64,000 nucleotides of DNA from Podarcis erhardii (Eukaryota), in assembly GCA_964252035.1 (NCBI GenBank), contig OZ176202.1; one strand, 5' to 3'. The notes under the pieces are model-generated. The model was given only the letters and a program-made list of their open reading frames with translations. It did no database searches and was not told where the DNA came from. Numbering within the stretch: the stretch's first letter is position 1; every line of letters begins with the position of its first letter. Shown here in pieces: positions 1-14,359 of the stretch. The position numbers and the translations under genes are program-made.

Positions 1-18
1 TAACCCGAGGGTCCACTG
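1..18. mobile_element. Terminal fragment of a CAGTGGTACCTC-family Tigger/pogo-like MITE
   Basis: taacccgagggtccactg followed by TA, a near match to the family TIR end taacccgaggtaccactg-TA. Confidence 0.6.
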
Positions 19-1871
19 TATTTACTACATCGACAGTGTTCAAGAGATGGAAGAGCCACTTTGGCTTTCACTTCAAATCACAGGATTGATTAAAGCAGTT
101 ACAGATTTTGTTCCAAATGAAATTAAGCACACATAGTAACTATAAAATACAGAAGTTAGTTTCTGTCATTGCTATAGCATGTAGGTTGATTGTCATTGCC
201 CAGATTCTGTTGCATTAGTGCACATTGGGATGTGCTGCTAAAATAAATACTATTTTTCATCCTGCATCCAGTGAATGCTCTTTTTATATTGCATCTGTCT
301 TCTCCCTTAGTCTTATGTCATCCTCATAAATCCCAACCAGAAATGAAAAGGCTCTTCAGAAACATAGTCTGAAGTCATTAATGGTAAGGGGGGGATAGAA
401 TGCTAACTGTATGGAAGACAGAAAAATTGAGAAGCACTGTGTGATGTTATCAATATCTCATGTGTTTGGTAAAAATGAATATGCTTTATGCAATGCTTAT
501 ATTCCGGAAAAGCTGTTGAAAACATGTAATAAAAAAACTTAAGCTCTTATTTTTGAGCTAACACTAATTACTGCTTATACATGCTTATGTTCTTCATTCA
601 TTATAAGAAACTGTACCAATCAGAGGATAACTGAGCTTCAAGCACTTGCACACATACATTATGATTTTTTTTCAACTTAAGAGAAAAGAAAGCAACTCTA
701 GGTCATAAAAATCTTTTCTCTTAAATGCTAATGAAATTTCTCCATTCTCTCCATTAGCAGATCCCTCTTATTGGTAATTTGTATCCTTTTCTTTTGTTCC
801 TATTTATAATGAATGCTGGGCACAGAAAGAACCTGGGCTTTGAGAATGCTTTCACTTTTGTCTTCTCTTCCAAAGCTACACAGGATCAAAAGGACATAAA
901 TTGGCACCCAAGTACACAGAATGACTCTTGCTTTTTTAATTATGTAGCTTTTAAAAAAATTAATGTATTTTGGTAGGCAAATAGATTCAAATTCTGAAAC
1001 ATCAAAACACCAACTGAGAAGGCCTCTTTGCATTTCCTCTGGTCATAAATATTTTGCAGCTTAATGTGCCAGAGTGTTATGCCTTGTCAAAGTCTCCCTG
1101 TTGTAAACCTAGATTGTCCTATTGCATGACGCCTTCCACTTCAATTTCCAAACTAGAAGAAAGGTGTGTATTTCTTCCTCTTTTCCTTTCTGTTGCCTTC
1201 TGCATATTTCAATGGTCTCATGAAGCTAGGTTTTGTTGTTGTTTAAAAACCTGTTTAGTTCTCTTTTTCTTTCTTTATTCCTGGCCCCAAAGATCCTAAT
1301 TTCTCTCATGGTTATATGTCAGGATTGATTGTGTTTGCATGTGCAGCCACCCCATTCACAGTATTGCAGGGGCCCCCCCACCGCCCAGTCCTGCAGCCGT
1401 GAGTCAATTGGTTCAGACAGAGCCTCTTCCAAAACTAGCTCTTAATGTGTCACAAGTGCCTTTTAAAGAAGCATAGAAGGGTACTATGGGCAAAGGCAGC
1501 TGAGCTGTTTGCTCTGATTTCAGATGTATTACAGCTACTTTGTTCAAAAACTCAGCTCTGCCTTAAACCATTTTCAGCTGGCCTTTCTCATACCTGCTTC
1601 TGCATTTGTTCTCTTTCTCCATGGTAAGTTTGTGTTTAATTTAAATTCAGCGTATAATAAAGTTAGTATTTTGAGCCCAACTGTAATAATTTGATGAACA
1701 ATAAGCAAGAAAGTGAAAACGTTCAGACAAAAGTTTCTTTTCATTATTAATTGCTGCCCTCGTTTTTATTGAGACAACGAGTTAGTGAGTGTGTATGTGT
1801 GTGTCTATGAAGGGAGAGAGTGATTTGTGTCTGTGAAGGTTAGAAGAGGCTGACTGTGCTGGAACTGACTG

Positions 1872-2044
1872 NNNNNNNNNNNNNNNNNNNNNNNNNNNNN
1901 NNNNNNNNNNNNNNNNNNNNNNNNNNNNNNNNNNNNNNNNNNNNNNNNNNNNNNNNNNNNNNNNNNNNNNNNNNNNNNNNNNNNNNNNNNNNNNNNNNNN
2001 NNNNNNNNNNNNNNNNNNNNNNNNNNNNNNNNNNNNNNNNNNNN
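1872..2044. other. Assembly gap (173 N)
   Basis: Run of N. Confidence 0.99.
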
Positions 2045-2497
2045 ACTTGTCCTTTTTTCCAAAAGTTCCATGACCATTTAAAGTCACCTTTGTGATCCTT
2101 TGCTGGAAAGGTAATAGAAGTGTAAAGCAGCTGGTATGTATTTTCTTCCTTGATCTTCTGAGGGTTGTGTGTGTGTGTTGGTCCAAATTAATAAGGCCTC
2201 TTAAATGTTTGGATCTATTTTTCTGTGTTTCCCACCTGTAGTTTTAGAATGGAAGTTAACACAGAATTGTTCCAGCAGTTTGTTAAAAAATGATGGGGCT
2301 CTGTAATAAAGAACCAACATATTGTTGCACATTCACTGCTTATTAATTATTCCCTCCTTTTCTGCTGCAAGTGGTAATTAGAATCTTCTGTCATTTAACC
2401 AACAAGCCTCTTTTGTGACTACAAAAAACCAGTTGCAGATCAGTTAATGGAGCAAGTCAAAATCAGCCTCTCATGATGGCGGTGTTGTCTTCCGCAG

Positions 2498-2597
2498 GTC
2501 ACAGACATTGCTGATGCCATGATTCTCAAGCAGCTCTTTGAAAACCTGTTTCAAAATGGTGTTGTTGTTGTAGCAACATCCAACAGGCCACCAGAAG
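2498..2597 (+). CDS. AFG1L: AFG1L (LACE1) coding exon, equivalent to mammalian exon 6 (100 nt)
   Basis: ttccgcAG|GTCACA...CCAGAAG|GTaaaa; translates [33 protein letters not shown](D), the post-Walker-B and sensor region (VATSNR) of the AFG1/ZapE family. Confidence 0.97.
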
Positions 2598-3113
2598 GTA
2601 AAACCAAACAATATGTTGCTATTGGCGTTTTCACTGGAAAGGAATAGATGCCTTGATAAGGTAGCATTACATGTATTCATTTTCTAATTAAGATCAATCT
2701 CTTGTGTTGTTTCTATTGTAATTTTTTAAGGTTCTACGCTGTGCCCTAAATGGCACACTTCCTTGGCTTCTGTTCAAATATATGGAAGTGAGGAATATAG
2801 TCATGCTAAGGAAACTGCATGGTGTATAGGAGGTAGGAACTCTGAGCAGGAGAGTTGCAGTCATGAACTTCTGTGAACAAAACTCTTCTTATGTGAATGG
2901 AAGTGTCTTCAGTTCATGGAACAATTGTTGTAGCACTGAAAAGCCAATGGTCCTTTCATGCTAGAAGATGGAAAGTGGAAGGAAGAAAAAGGTGAGGGGA
3001 AGGGTGATCAGCATTATGTATTTATGACTGCCCCCTGGGTAATTATTTATAGGATTGGTAATATTGCTGATCATCAGGGAGAATGAGCTGAGAAAAATGG
3101 ATGCTCACGTAAA

Positions 3114-3300
3114 TGTGATGTAGTATTCAAAGTGTCAGACTAGATCCAAGGAGAATGGGTTCAAATCTCCACTTAAGTCGTGAAGCTCAGAATGGCCATG
3201 GACCAGTCATTTTTTTCTCTGCCTAACCTACCTTACAGGGTAGTGAGTGGGGGAGAACAATGTACGTTGTCCTGAGCTCTGTGAAGAAAGACAAGGATAA
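3114..3300 (+). mobile_element. MIR/Ther1-derived squamate SINE (Squam3-like), degenerate
   Basis: A box-like tgtgatgtagt, B box gggttcaaatctcc (3157-3170), core ggaccagtca...gcctaacctaccttacaggg. Confidence 0.7.
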
Positions 3301-5496
3301 GCATACAATGTAATAATAATTGCATGATAAAATAGACAAATGATAGTGATATATTCTCTGGCATAAGGCCCAAGATTAATGAGACCTACTCTAAAACAAT
3401 CAGGTGTAACTGTAGCAAGAAATGTAATAAATAATTGGAATAAGAAACTAAGAAAATGACTGGCTGCTACAAGAAAGAACATGAAAATCTTTAAAGTTTC
3501 TCAACAAATGTTGAATGAAATTGCAAATTAATGTGGAAACATGTTTAATAAACTTAAAACTGAAAATGAAACTTCACATATCTTTGTTGCTAAGTAAACA
3601 TCTAAAAGGAACAAAAACTTTTCTTTAATCACTTTATATTTTGATTGTTTCTTAAAAACTAGTAGGGAACAAAAAACATCTACTAGCTGTACTATTACAG
3701 AGACATAATCTGTAGTCAGCCATTTGTGTGTGAGAGGAGTGGTTTATGGTAAGTACTGCAAATATGATATTGCAGATAAAAACTGCATATTTACTCAGTA
3801 CTGTTATTTTCTGCAATCTAGTGTAGTTATGTTTGTTTCTCAAGAATTTCTGAAAAACATATATGTATTTACTAATACTACCATTGCTGGTTCCGTGTGG
3901 ATAATATGGTAAGATCCTTAGTAGACTTTCACAGACTTCATTCAATTCTTAAATGAAACAGCAGGTTCAGCTGGCTTCTCACATCAATAAATGACTGGTG
4001 AGGAAGTGCTCTCCATGGCCTATTACCAGATACTCAACACTGCAATACAAGTGAACAGAGTAGGAACTGGGAATAAATATAAAATGACTCTCCCTAATAA
4101 ACAGAAGTTGGGTCTCTGGCCGGTGTCTACCCAGATAGTGATAAGAAGCATGGAGATCTAGCAAGGTGGGCCCAATTCATGACTTCCTATCTTCAAACAG
4201 TATCCTGTCCGTCAGCTAATTGTTTGGAATAAACCACCTAGAGATGAGTTTTTGTGTTTGACTGACAGCTTTATGATTTCCTCTGGGAGCCAGCTTCCTC
4301 CAAGGTTATTGGAAAGGTCTGATAGCCTCCATTAGTTATGTTTTGCCTGTTTCAAGTTGAATAGTTTATTACACTTTCTAGTTTGCTCCATCTCAAAATC
4401 TTGGAAATAATCATAAGCTAATCCAGTTTTTTAAAATACATAATTTTTAAAACCCAGAAGACATATCCCATGGTAACCTTGCCTGCTGTATTACTGGTTT
4501 ATGCATAGTTTTCAAAAATGAGTATAAAAAGGGGGAAGTGATTGGCCACATTTCTATGAATGAAGTTCAGACGTTAGGTGTTTTATGTCTTCAGAAGAAA
4601 GGATTTTGGGGCAGCCACTGAAAACAGCGCTTTGTGTACCCTTGATGAGCAGATTCTATATTCAAAGAACATCTTTATTGGGTGTAGAAGTTGTGAAGGG
4701 GTTCTGAAAGAGGATATGTTCTCTTGATTGAACCTGTACTGCTAAGAGTTCTAAACACCTACACACCAAATTATGCTCATAAGTAGTAGGAAGTCAGGCT
4801 AGGAGGCTCATTGGCATGATGAGCTTCCACAGACTACCTCTGGCTAGAGGCATAATATTAATTTCTGTATATCAGCAAATGCAACAATACATAAGGTGCA
4901 TTATAGTAAGTCTAGCTCTGATTCTACAAAGGCATGATTTCGGCAGCCTGAAAAAAGGAGCCAGCCTTACCAAATGGCATTGGTGAAAAATCATTTGTGG
5001 ACACTGCCAGCAACACTCTTGAGTGAACAGGAAAGACTGAACCCCTGGGATGGTAGGAGTTATTGTTTCCTAATAAGCAGAACCATACAAGGGTGATCTC
5101 ACATATATTTGTCCAGAACCCCATCATTAATACTGTAATGCAATGATGGGAAACTTTGTTCAATTCAATGGCCACAATTCTGTGTAGCGGCCATGTATCA
5201 GTGGTGGGTGTGGCTAGAAACACCACTTGCCATCCTTCATCAAGGAAAGCAATAACTGTCATCATAAGTCAAAGACACTTTCAAGCTGGTTAAGATTACT
5301 AGAGGAAAGGACATAGAAGGACCAATGAGGGGTTCAACCTTGGGCAGAATCCTGGGGACCAGATGGAGACACTGGAGGGTTTCATTTGGCCCCTGGGCCT
5401 GAGGTTTCTTACTCCTGCCTTAATTATAATGCTGAAGCTCATTAAAAAATGCCATAGCATCTGCAGAGTCCTGTTGCTATTTAGGCAGATTTAAAC

Positions 5497-5632
5497 CAGG
5501 CATAGGCAAACTCGGCCCTCCAGATGTTTTGGGACTACAACTCACATCATGCCTGACCACTAGTCCTGTTAGCTAGGGATGATGGGAGTTGTAGTCCCAA
5601 AACATCTGGAGGGCTGAGGTTGCCTATGCCTG
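5497..5632. mobile_element. Palindromic hAT-type MITE (136 bp)
   Basis: TIRs caggcataggcaa / ttgcctatgcctg; long internal inverted repeat (ccagatgttttgggactacaactc ... gagttgtagtcccaaaacatctgg); flanked by the direct repeat gatttaaac. Confidence 0.88.
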
Positions 5633-6002
5633 GATTTAAACCAATACCTCTAGCATAGTCTTCATGTAGTATGTGACTGACAAAATTGAGAAGTTCATAG
5701 AAATGAGAAAAACAATGTTGTAATTTCAGGTACCAGTCTCTGCCTATGAAACTTTAAAAAGCTTAGACCTGTGGTTCACAGACTTTCCACTCCCAGTCCT
5801 ACGGACTACTTGAAAATTGCTGAGGATCTTTCTACCTGTTCTTACAGTTGTAATGCACTGAGCCAGATGTTGTATGCTTTTTAATTGATTTTTACTGTTT
5901 ATTTAACTTATTACGGTACATATTGTAATAAGCAACCACCTTAATGAAGCTCGCTAATTTCAGTTTGAGAACCTTGTCTTATACCCAGCACAACATCAGT
6001 GT

Positions 6003-6128
6003 TAGGGCTGCCATATGTCCAAGAGGGATTTCTGAAATGTGGCGCTTTGTCCTGTATCTTAGGCAAGTCAATCTAAAAAGCTCAACAATTTTGAGGTCTT
6101 CCTAAAAATAAAAAAAAAAGCAACCCTG
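6003..6128. mobile_element. TAGGGTTGCCATA-ended MITE, degenerate copy
   Basis: tagggctgccatatgtcc ... aaaagctcaacaattt ... gcaaccctg; shares an internal motif with the 8268 and 60070 copies. Confidence 0.6.
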
Positions 6129-7289
6129 TCTTCGTGCTAGGATTAACAATCATGGCATGCTCTGCCTCTCAGAAATTCAATTAATGAGTGTGCAGCTCTT
6201 CTGGAAACATCATAAGGCTCAATTGTTTTGGCTGGTTTTCAGGAACTGAAGCTAAGCTTCCAGAGGAGGAGGGATTTTCATGGAATTTAATCTGCTAAAA
6301 TCATGCTCGGCTTTATTGGAATTGTCCCGATCCTGGTTAAGCACTGTCATAGTCCCAACAAAGCCAACTGGACCATGATAGTTTCCATGTCATGCAATAT
6401 CAGCAAATGACTATGACAGTGCTTAACCATTATACAAAAACAAGCATTGAGTTCACAGTCCTTTATAAATAGTCTGAAATATGACTGTATATGCTTGAAA
6501 CGGAAACCCTTACTAAAGATAGTCTTCAGGCTAACCCATATCCTTGGCCAGAGTAAAGGTATTCCTGAAGTTTATTCAGGATTTAATTTTCTTATGCTTA
6601 CCTCCAGACAGCAGTTTTGTTGCTCCAAATAAGCATTATAGCACATCCAAAGGGAATGTGTGTGCTGTCTTGGGCAAGTGCATTTTTACAAACCTTTCCT
6701 CTGAGATACCTTCACACTTGCTGCAGAAGACCAACTCTGCTGACTGCACGCCTTGCTTTGGATCCTATCAGCTTTGCTGGCTAGTGGATTATCACTCTGA
6801 GAATCCACAGTGTGGGTCGGGCATGCATTGACACAGTGCTTCCAGTTCCTGCAGCTGGCAATAGTTTGATTAAGCGTAAAGCTGATGATTCCTTCAGGAG
6901 GCCCAAAGTGTGCTACACATTATATTATTTCAATGGGATGTGAGCGAAATAAGTTTGTATTATCCTGAAAGCTCAGCTTTCTCTGCTGCAGAGCAGTTTT
7001 GTTGGAGTGCTGTTACCAGCAGATTACTTGCAGACAAAACCATTCTTTCTCCTCCCCTACTCCTCAGTTTTGATGTGATCCATGGTATCTGCATTTTGCC
7101 AAATGAGTTAGAATCATATGCTGAGATATTCTGGGTCAGTTTCAGTTATTTATTTGTGTCCAATCTTCCTGAATCACAGATACTATAAAATACAACAAAT
7201 GAGAATACATCTATTACATCATGGCGATAAATGCATTTGCTTGGGACAGTGAACTCCATTGTTTTAAATGGAACTTACTGTCAAGCACG

Positions 7290-7291
<2 letters not shown>

Positions 7292-7341
<50 letters not shown>

Positions 7342-7450
7342 CTGTCTTTTCCCCTGATGGGACTTAAGGCAGCTTCCAGATAAAAACAAGAACAGCTAAA
7401 ACATAGAAAATAACACCCATTAAAAACAATTAAACACTGATAGTTAAAAC
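7292..7450 (-). mobile_element. L2-type 3' end with (TAT)n tail microsatellite at 7292-7339
   Basis: (TTA)16 followed by ccctgtcttttcccctgatgggacttaaggcagcttcca. Confidence 0.6.
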
Positions 7451-8267
7451 TATATACATATTAAAGATATGTTTAAAACTGCAATATAATACATTTATTT
7501 ATGATTGTTGCAAGAGTGGGCCCTTCCAGATGTATCATTATAGATGCTGTGTTCTGAAGTTTTTTGGAGCAAAACTGTAGTGGGCTGTCTACACCAGCAC
7601 TCATGTGTTGCTGATTAGCTGTTGCTTTTTTCCATCCACACCAGTGACAGGATGTGTTCAGATTGAGAAAAATTCTGTGCCTGTAATCACACTCCTTCCA
7701 TTCCCTTTTTCCACTGAGCAGTAAATGTCAGAGTTATGAGCATGTGCACAGCCTACTGATAGCCCTTTCGTGTGTTTTGTCTTTTTCGGGGTGGGGGAGG
7801 GAAGGCTATGATAAATTGCACAAAACTCATGCATGCATGCATGCATGTATACATACATGTTTTCACGTTTTATCATAGATTCAAATCAAATATTCTGGGG
7901 ATGCTCTATTTCCTCCCATTTTTCTTATTTAGAGTGTAATGCAGTCAAATTTATTTTTTAATGATGTTTTTTGTCTCTTATACATTAGAGTTTAAGTATA
8001 TTTTAAAAAGCAGATACTGAAATGTTAATCACTGTATTGTGTAGCTTTACTGTTTATGCTTTATAATGTTAACCTCTCCAAAGCAATGAGATACCGGTAC
8101 ATTTAAACTATGCGGTTAATTTAATTAAGTAAGAAGAATATATTAATTACTTTTAAATACAGTTTAATCTTAAAAAAACATTGCAGCCAAAGATTTAAAT
8201 TTAAATTATTTTCTTTTTTTCCTCACTTATTTCTTGATTTGGTAGAACAGAGATAGAGAGCCTGTGT

Positions 8268-8442
8268 TAGGGTTCCCATATTTCAAACAGTGGGGAAATG
8301 TTTTTTGGTCAAAGTTGTTGAGCTTTAGGGGCTAAAAAAAATGCTGGATTTCCCTGGACACTGCCCAGTTTCTGCCTGGACACTGCTGCCGACTTCAATA
8401 TTGTGGATATGCCTGGGAAAATCTGGGCGTATGACAATCCTA
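8268..8442. mobile_element. TAGGGTTGCCATA-ended MITE (hAT-Tip100-like)
   Basis: tagggttcccata ... tatgacaatccta; near-duplicated flanks ctgtgtt. Confidence 0.7.
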
Positions 8443-8642
8443 GCTGTGTTGAACTCAACCATACTGTTCAACTCTAATTCCCATTGGCACAGCCCAACAT
8501 AGCTGATGGGAATTTAGTCCACAATGCTAGGAAGACAAAAGGTTCCTTCTCCCTAATGTAGAACTTGTATTTGTAAGTAAGACCAAAAGACAATCCTGTC
8601 AGAAGTATGTGGTGAGGATAATATCCATGTGTTCTCTTTCAG

Positions 8643-8701
8643 ATCTCTATAAAAATGGGCTCCAAAGAGTGAACTTCGTGCCATTCATTGCTGTTCTTAA
8701 G
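8643..8701 (+). CDS. AFG1L: AFG1L coding exon 7 equivalent (59 nt)
   Basis: ctctttcAG|ATCTCTAT...CTTAAG|GTaaag; completes the phase-1 codon from the previous exon to give DLYKNGLQRVNFVPFIAVLK (family motif DLYKNGLQR). Confidence 0.97.
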
Positions 8702-11700
8702 GTAAAGGAAGATGTGCTTGATAAGGGATCTTGCTAGTTTACTGATAAGCATCTTTATTGCAAAACTGTTTTGTTCATATTTCTGGGAGTAATTTTCTTT
8801 AACCTTCTGGGATTAACTCAATTAGGGGAGGCAGAAGTTAAGATTTCATTTGTAATATTTTTGAATCTTGAGGCTCTACTTTTTCTCCAAACTGAATGAC
8901 AGAGTTCAGAGCAACAACATAAAAGGAAACATGCTCAGAACAGAAGGAAATTTTTACTTCTCAGCTTTTTTCCACATGTAGTATTCATGAAGACAGAAAA
9001 AATCCCAAGCCAGGTCTAGGAGAGCACTATCCATTATTACCTGTTACTATTCTACTCTTTTCAAAAATACAAATGACTACAAGGTTCATTTTTCCTATGA
9101 TTATTTATTTATTATCTTTTTAAAATTCTTCACTTGCTTTCTGAATACAATATTTCCAATGGTGGCGTACAACCTTTCAAATAATTTAAAGGATATAAAA
9201 TATAAACATTATAATCACAGTCACAATAGCAGTAAAAACATTTCAGATCAATACATTATAGTAATCACTCATGCCAGATACCAAAATCAATATTTTTTAA
9301 AAAATGAAATTGCTATTGTGTCATGGGTTTCACAAATTCAGGTTTCCCAGCTTTTAGGTACAAAGAGAAAGGGAAAATGTATTAGCGTTTGGATTTATAT
9401 CTTAATCTTACACGAAGAAGGGCTCATTGATGCATGGTTTGTCTGTGGGTTACCAACTTTTATGAACTACTTCCTAATTTTTCTATGGGAGTCCAATACA
9501 AACTAAATTTGGACTCCTGGAGATTGCACTTCAACTGCACTTGGTTCTTGCAGCCGTTTTCTGATTGCTTAATTTTTTTGGTAACCTAGAATTTCCTTAC
9601 TTTGATCAAAATTTTAATTGAATAGGGAAGGGTTCTTTTTCATTTTATTAGTCTATAATCGTCTAAATACACATATTTCAGAGCAAGTCCCATTGATATT
9701 AATAGGACTTACTCTCAGGTAAGTGAAAATAAGACTGCAGCCTGCATCTCTCCCTTCTACATGGCCAAAAAATGCCAGTGTAAAATCAGTATGACATGAA
9801 AGAAGTGAATTTTTAAAAAATAGTGTGGAGAGCCTTCTATAGGTAGAAGCAAAGACATTCACTGTGGAAGTGATAAATCCACAAAGCCTGCTTAGATACT
9901 AAAGGTGCAATCCATGACAATTTAAGTCTGAGTTGAGTCTGGGTTATTTTACTTAGGTTTCCTTCTTCTATGAGTGGGATTCCAAGTAGTCAGCTCCTGA
10001 TCCTTAGAAATCAACACAATAAACCTGATTTTGTGCAAACAACTGTGTTTAGTATTGATTCTCTTATAGAACAGCCATTAGCATTTATGCAGTGATAAAA
10101 CTGTATGTACATTGCCTCGGGAATAAGTCCTTTTATTTGAACTCAGTGGTACTTGCTTCTGAGTAAACATGTATAAAATTGGACTGTTTGATTATTTCCT
10201 ATTCTTCCATCGGCTTTCACCCCACTAAATAATAATATTTATTTTTTGTCAAAAAGCCACTATTAATGTTTGGAAGAAGATTCAACTTTATACTACTATT
10301 AGGTCAGGAAACTACTACCAGCAGATTCAGAGAGATCTTGGGACAGGGGGTGGGATTCTGGCACCGGTTAGAAGATATAAAATGTCTTTGATTATGTGTT
10401 CTGCCTTTGTCAAGCCACCTGTGTTAGAAGCACACAGACCTGTGAATTGACAATTTCTTTTTAAAATAAAAAAGTCATCTTGGTGATTAAATTGATTTGT
10501 CAGTTAGTTCCATTCTAATGCTGTGATAGCCCAGTAGCTTTCAGTATGCTGAATGGTTAAAATTTGCTTTTGTGGTCAGTGTCAGCACCCTGACCTCTGC
10601 TGAGCTGTCACCTGAGTCAGAATTGCTGGGATTAAGTCTTTGATATTGTGATGTCTTCACTTATCAATTGACTTTTTCATTACTGAAGACGTTAGGCCTT
10701 TTGTTTCCCTTCTTAGTAAGTACCCAAGCAAGTCTTAAATAGAAGACTCTTTCTTTCCCAACCTGTGGAAGTTGTAGGCTCTGCTTTTCTCTTTTTTCCC
10801 CCTGTGTTAATTAAATGGATTACTTTTGGAATTTACAATGCAGTTCAGTTGTGAATCATTGTGTTTAGCATTAGAAAACAAGAATGAGAGTGAGAGAAAA
10901 TGAGGGGGTATACACGTGCAAGCATACACTCAGTAAATATAAGACTAGAACAGACTTTGGCTCAAAAGTTCACATTGTATTTTTGGGGGGCTTTTTAATA
11001 TGATTGCATATGAGAGTTTGAGTTCAAAAGTAGCTACACTTTAATGCACAAAATTAGAACTCTAAATACTCAAAAATTCTGTTTGATCATCCGAAACCTG
11101 TCTTTTGGTAGGTATGCAAATCCATACCACACTGAATATATTTATAAGTTTTGTATCTCACAATCCAAATTAATAAATGTCTAAAAATCAGGTAAGGTTT
11201 TAAAATATATTTTGTTAAATATATTGCATTTTAAGTACAGTAACATGACTACTTGACAATCCTTCAATTAAATATATTATATATATATTTGTCATCTGAA
11301 GGTAAAATAATGATAGCAAACTCTTGCATTCTATTCCATTTTGATCTTAATAATAGTTGTTCTCTGTTGAAGCAAATGAACGCTTTGGTTCCAACAGCTG
11401 GCTCAAATTCTGAGTTAGATATGCAATATTGCATTGCTTGTAACGCAATTGATTTGTTTAATGTTTCCTTTGCTTGTGATATAATGCAAAATAAGGTCTT
11501 CCTTATCTTCCTCCACCCCCCTCGCCCCAAAGGTCCGAGCCAATTAATAAGGCTTGTAAGTGCTTTGTCACAGGCTACCATGGAGGTCTGCAGAGAAGAA
11601 CTTTAATCCAATAAACATTTCATTTAGATCATGAAAAGAAAGTGTGAGGAGAAGCTCCCGTAAGAGAGGGTGTTACTGGCAATTCTCTCCTTGCAGTGAT

Positions 11701-13705
11701 ATGAGGAATTTGCCAAATTAAGCAAAAGGCCTTCATATTTAACACATTAAACGTGTCAAAACTAATAATGGGAATAGTTTAATTTGGGTTGAACCTTACA
11801 TTGTGAATATTCTAAAAAGCCACAACTGTTTTCTTCAAAGACTTGCTGTTGAGCTGGATGGACAGGGCAAGAGGAGGTTGTGAGAAACCCAAATAGCAAA
11901 TAACACTGGCCGAAAGTTGGGGTGGGGAGAGGAATAGATAATTAGGTGTAATTAGCGTGTATGAATTGTTGTCTCCCTGCCCTTGGCTTGAATAAATTTG
12001 GAAGAAAAAAACCCAAGTGGTGAAACTGCTTTGATGTAAGAGGATTCATTGTGGCTTGGCAGCATAAAGGCAGTGTTTTATACTTCTTACATAATGGTTG
12101 TGATACAGAAAGACTGAATGGACTCTGCACCCCCCAGTCTGCTTTACAGCAAGGACTTTTGGATTCTCTTGAAACAAAATGCAGCAGAAGTTTTCAGTTG
12201 TTGGTAATGAGGTAGCAGACCTCATCAGAGATAGGCGTAAGCCATCCTGAGTCTGCTTAGATCTTAAACATTTATTTTTATTCTGGAAATCTAGTTTCTG
12301 AAATCAACACTTTCCCTTTTCTTCTTCTTCCTTGTTTGGAGCTCTGGCAGGAGCAAAGATTCATGCCAAGGAAGGAAGTACAAATCAGATTTTGAAGTAA
12401 GAAAGCATTGTGAGCAAACTTCATATTGGATGGAACTGAGTTAAAGTAACTTAGTCATCTTTATATATTTGACCTGTTGTTGAACAACTGCTCATTTAGT
12501 CTATCATGAAACATAGCTTTGCAGAAAGGCATACTGTATACCTCTTACTTACTAGAATAAGAGCTATCCTTAGTTGTGGGTGTGCATTCTTTGTAAGAGT
12601 TGTTTATACTTTTGGATATAATGCAAAGCACCTTGTCAAAGACCAAGATGTTGGTTTACATATCACTTCTGTTTGGCGCAGTGGGTAGGGAATGATTCTC
12701 TTGAGAGACCTTGAGAAAGGAAGCTGTGTTATACTCTTACCTTATTCCCCACTAAAACTTAATATTTTTCCCTTTGTTTAGGACTTTCTCTTGATTATGC
12801 ACCCACTAAGCTGAACTTTAAAGAACTTTATAGTTATTGCAACTATAGTCAAACAATCTCAATCGGTTGCATAGCTACAGCTACGTGGTATGCAGAAACA
12901 ACTGTAAAGCATCTAATTTGAATTAAGGAACCAAATTATCAATTTTGTGTGCTGAAACAGAGAAACTAAACTTATTATTCCAGCTGAGGTTCTGGACAAT
13001 GATACAGCTATGGAGAATGAACAGTTACTTCATATCCACAGTGTTTTAACAAGCATAGGAAATAAATCAATATTAATAGAGAATAATTGTCAGCCTTTAA
13101 AAATATTAAGTACAACAAATCTGATTTAATACATACAGACTCCAATTATACAACGTAGCAGCAGTAGTAGCTATAGCCTTATGCACACATTTTATGCACA
13201 GTATTCTTTTCCAACTTGAGGGCCTGATCAAATCATTTTGGGTGTTAAAATGCTTTTTATCTTTTTAGATTTAGCATTTTGTATTTATTTAAAAATGTAA
13301 TATTTATGTACATGCACTCTATTCTCAATTTAGAGTTCTGTAGCTACTGGGATATGCTTGAGAAAAGGAAGCTGGCATTTCATTTAACCCTTTGAGGGTT
13401 TATTATGTAGAACAAGTAGCCTTTTGTGCTTGAAGTTGTACACTCTGAAAAAAAAAGCAACACCTGAATATCTCCGGAGCTTGAATAATTATGCCCGATT
13501 GTGTTTTGCTGGTGTAGGTCACAGGAAATTCACTTAGGGTAGACTCTCTACAAAGCTAAGATATATGCAGATTTTCTGTTGTTGGATTGTGTAAAAATTA
13601 TTTACTGTTAATACTTGCATAAAGGTTAGAAAGGTTGATGAAGTGATATTTAGTATTGCTTTACTATTCACTGCGTGTCAGGATGTAATTATGACTGATT
13701 CATGG

Positions 13706-13853
13706 NNNNNNNNNNNNNNNNNNNNNNNNNNNNNNNNNNNNNNNNNNNNNNNNNNNNNNNNNNNNNNNNNNNNNNNNNNNNNNNNNNNNNNNNNNNNNNN
13801 NNNNNNNNNNNNNNNNNNNNNNNNNNNNNNNNNNNNNNNNNNNNNNNNNNNNN
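13706..13853. other. Assembly gap (148 N)
   Basis: Run of N. Confidence 0.99.
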
Positions 13854-14359
13854 ACATTATTTTCTTTTAAGTCTGCTGTTTGAACAACATCTGAACATGA
13901 AGACAAAGACTGAGTGCATACTGAACAATAGTTTGACCAAGTTTTTTTATTCCACAAATAGTAGATGATTCCTCTCTTTTCCGTTTTGTTACAGAAATTT
14001 ATGTTCACACGATAAGGCAGGATCTTTGTTTTAAGATCATATCCTGATCATATCCATCACTGTCTTCAGAAGGTCAAATAAAGATGAAACAATGTACTAC
14101 TAACTCTTCTATAGTTTATTGTCTCCTTCCTATGACTTGGGTTACCTTATAAATCAGAATCTTCAGTTTCTTTATTAGATTACAAGGTGCATTTAACCGA
14201 CAATATACCTTCAGATAGAAGGCTTTTTAGTACCCTTTGTACCATGTTTGGAACTGAAGTGTGGGCAGTGTTACATGTCATGATTTGAAGACAAACTAAT
14301 ATCCAGAAAGAAGAAATACAATGCATGGGGGAGAGATTTAGGCCAATGAAATAAGTATA

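Noticed and set aside
1782-2186. ORFs spanning N gaps (also 13643-14008 and 22275-22970, including the 231-aa call)
   Set aside because: They stay open only because N codons contain no stops.
5792-5835. PTDYLKIAEDL segment vaguely like exon 11 (ASDYLEVA)
   Set aside because: Too short and not in frame with the nearby acceptor; likely coincidence.
11253-11606. Opposing 117-aa and 105-aa ORFs
   Set aside because: No motif recognised; I could not assign them to any gene or transposon.
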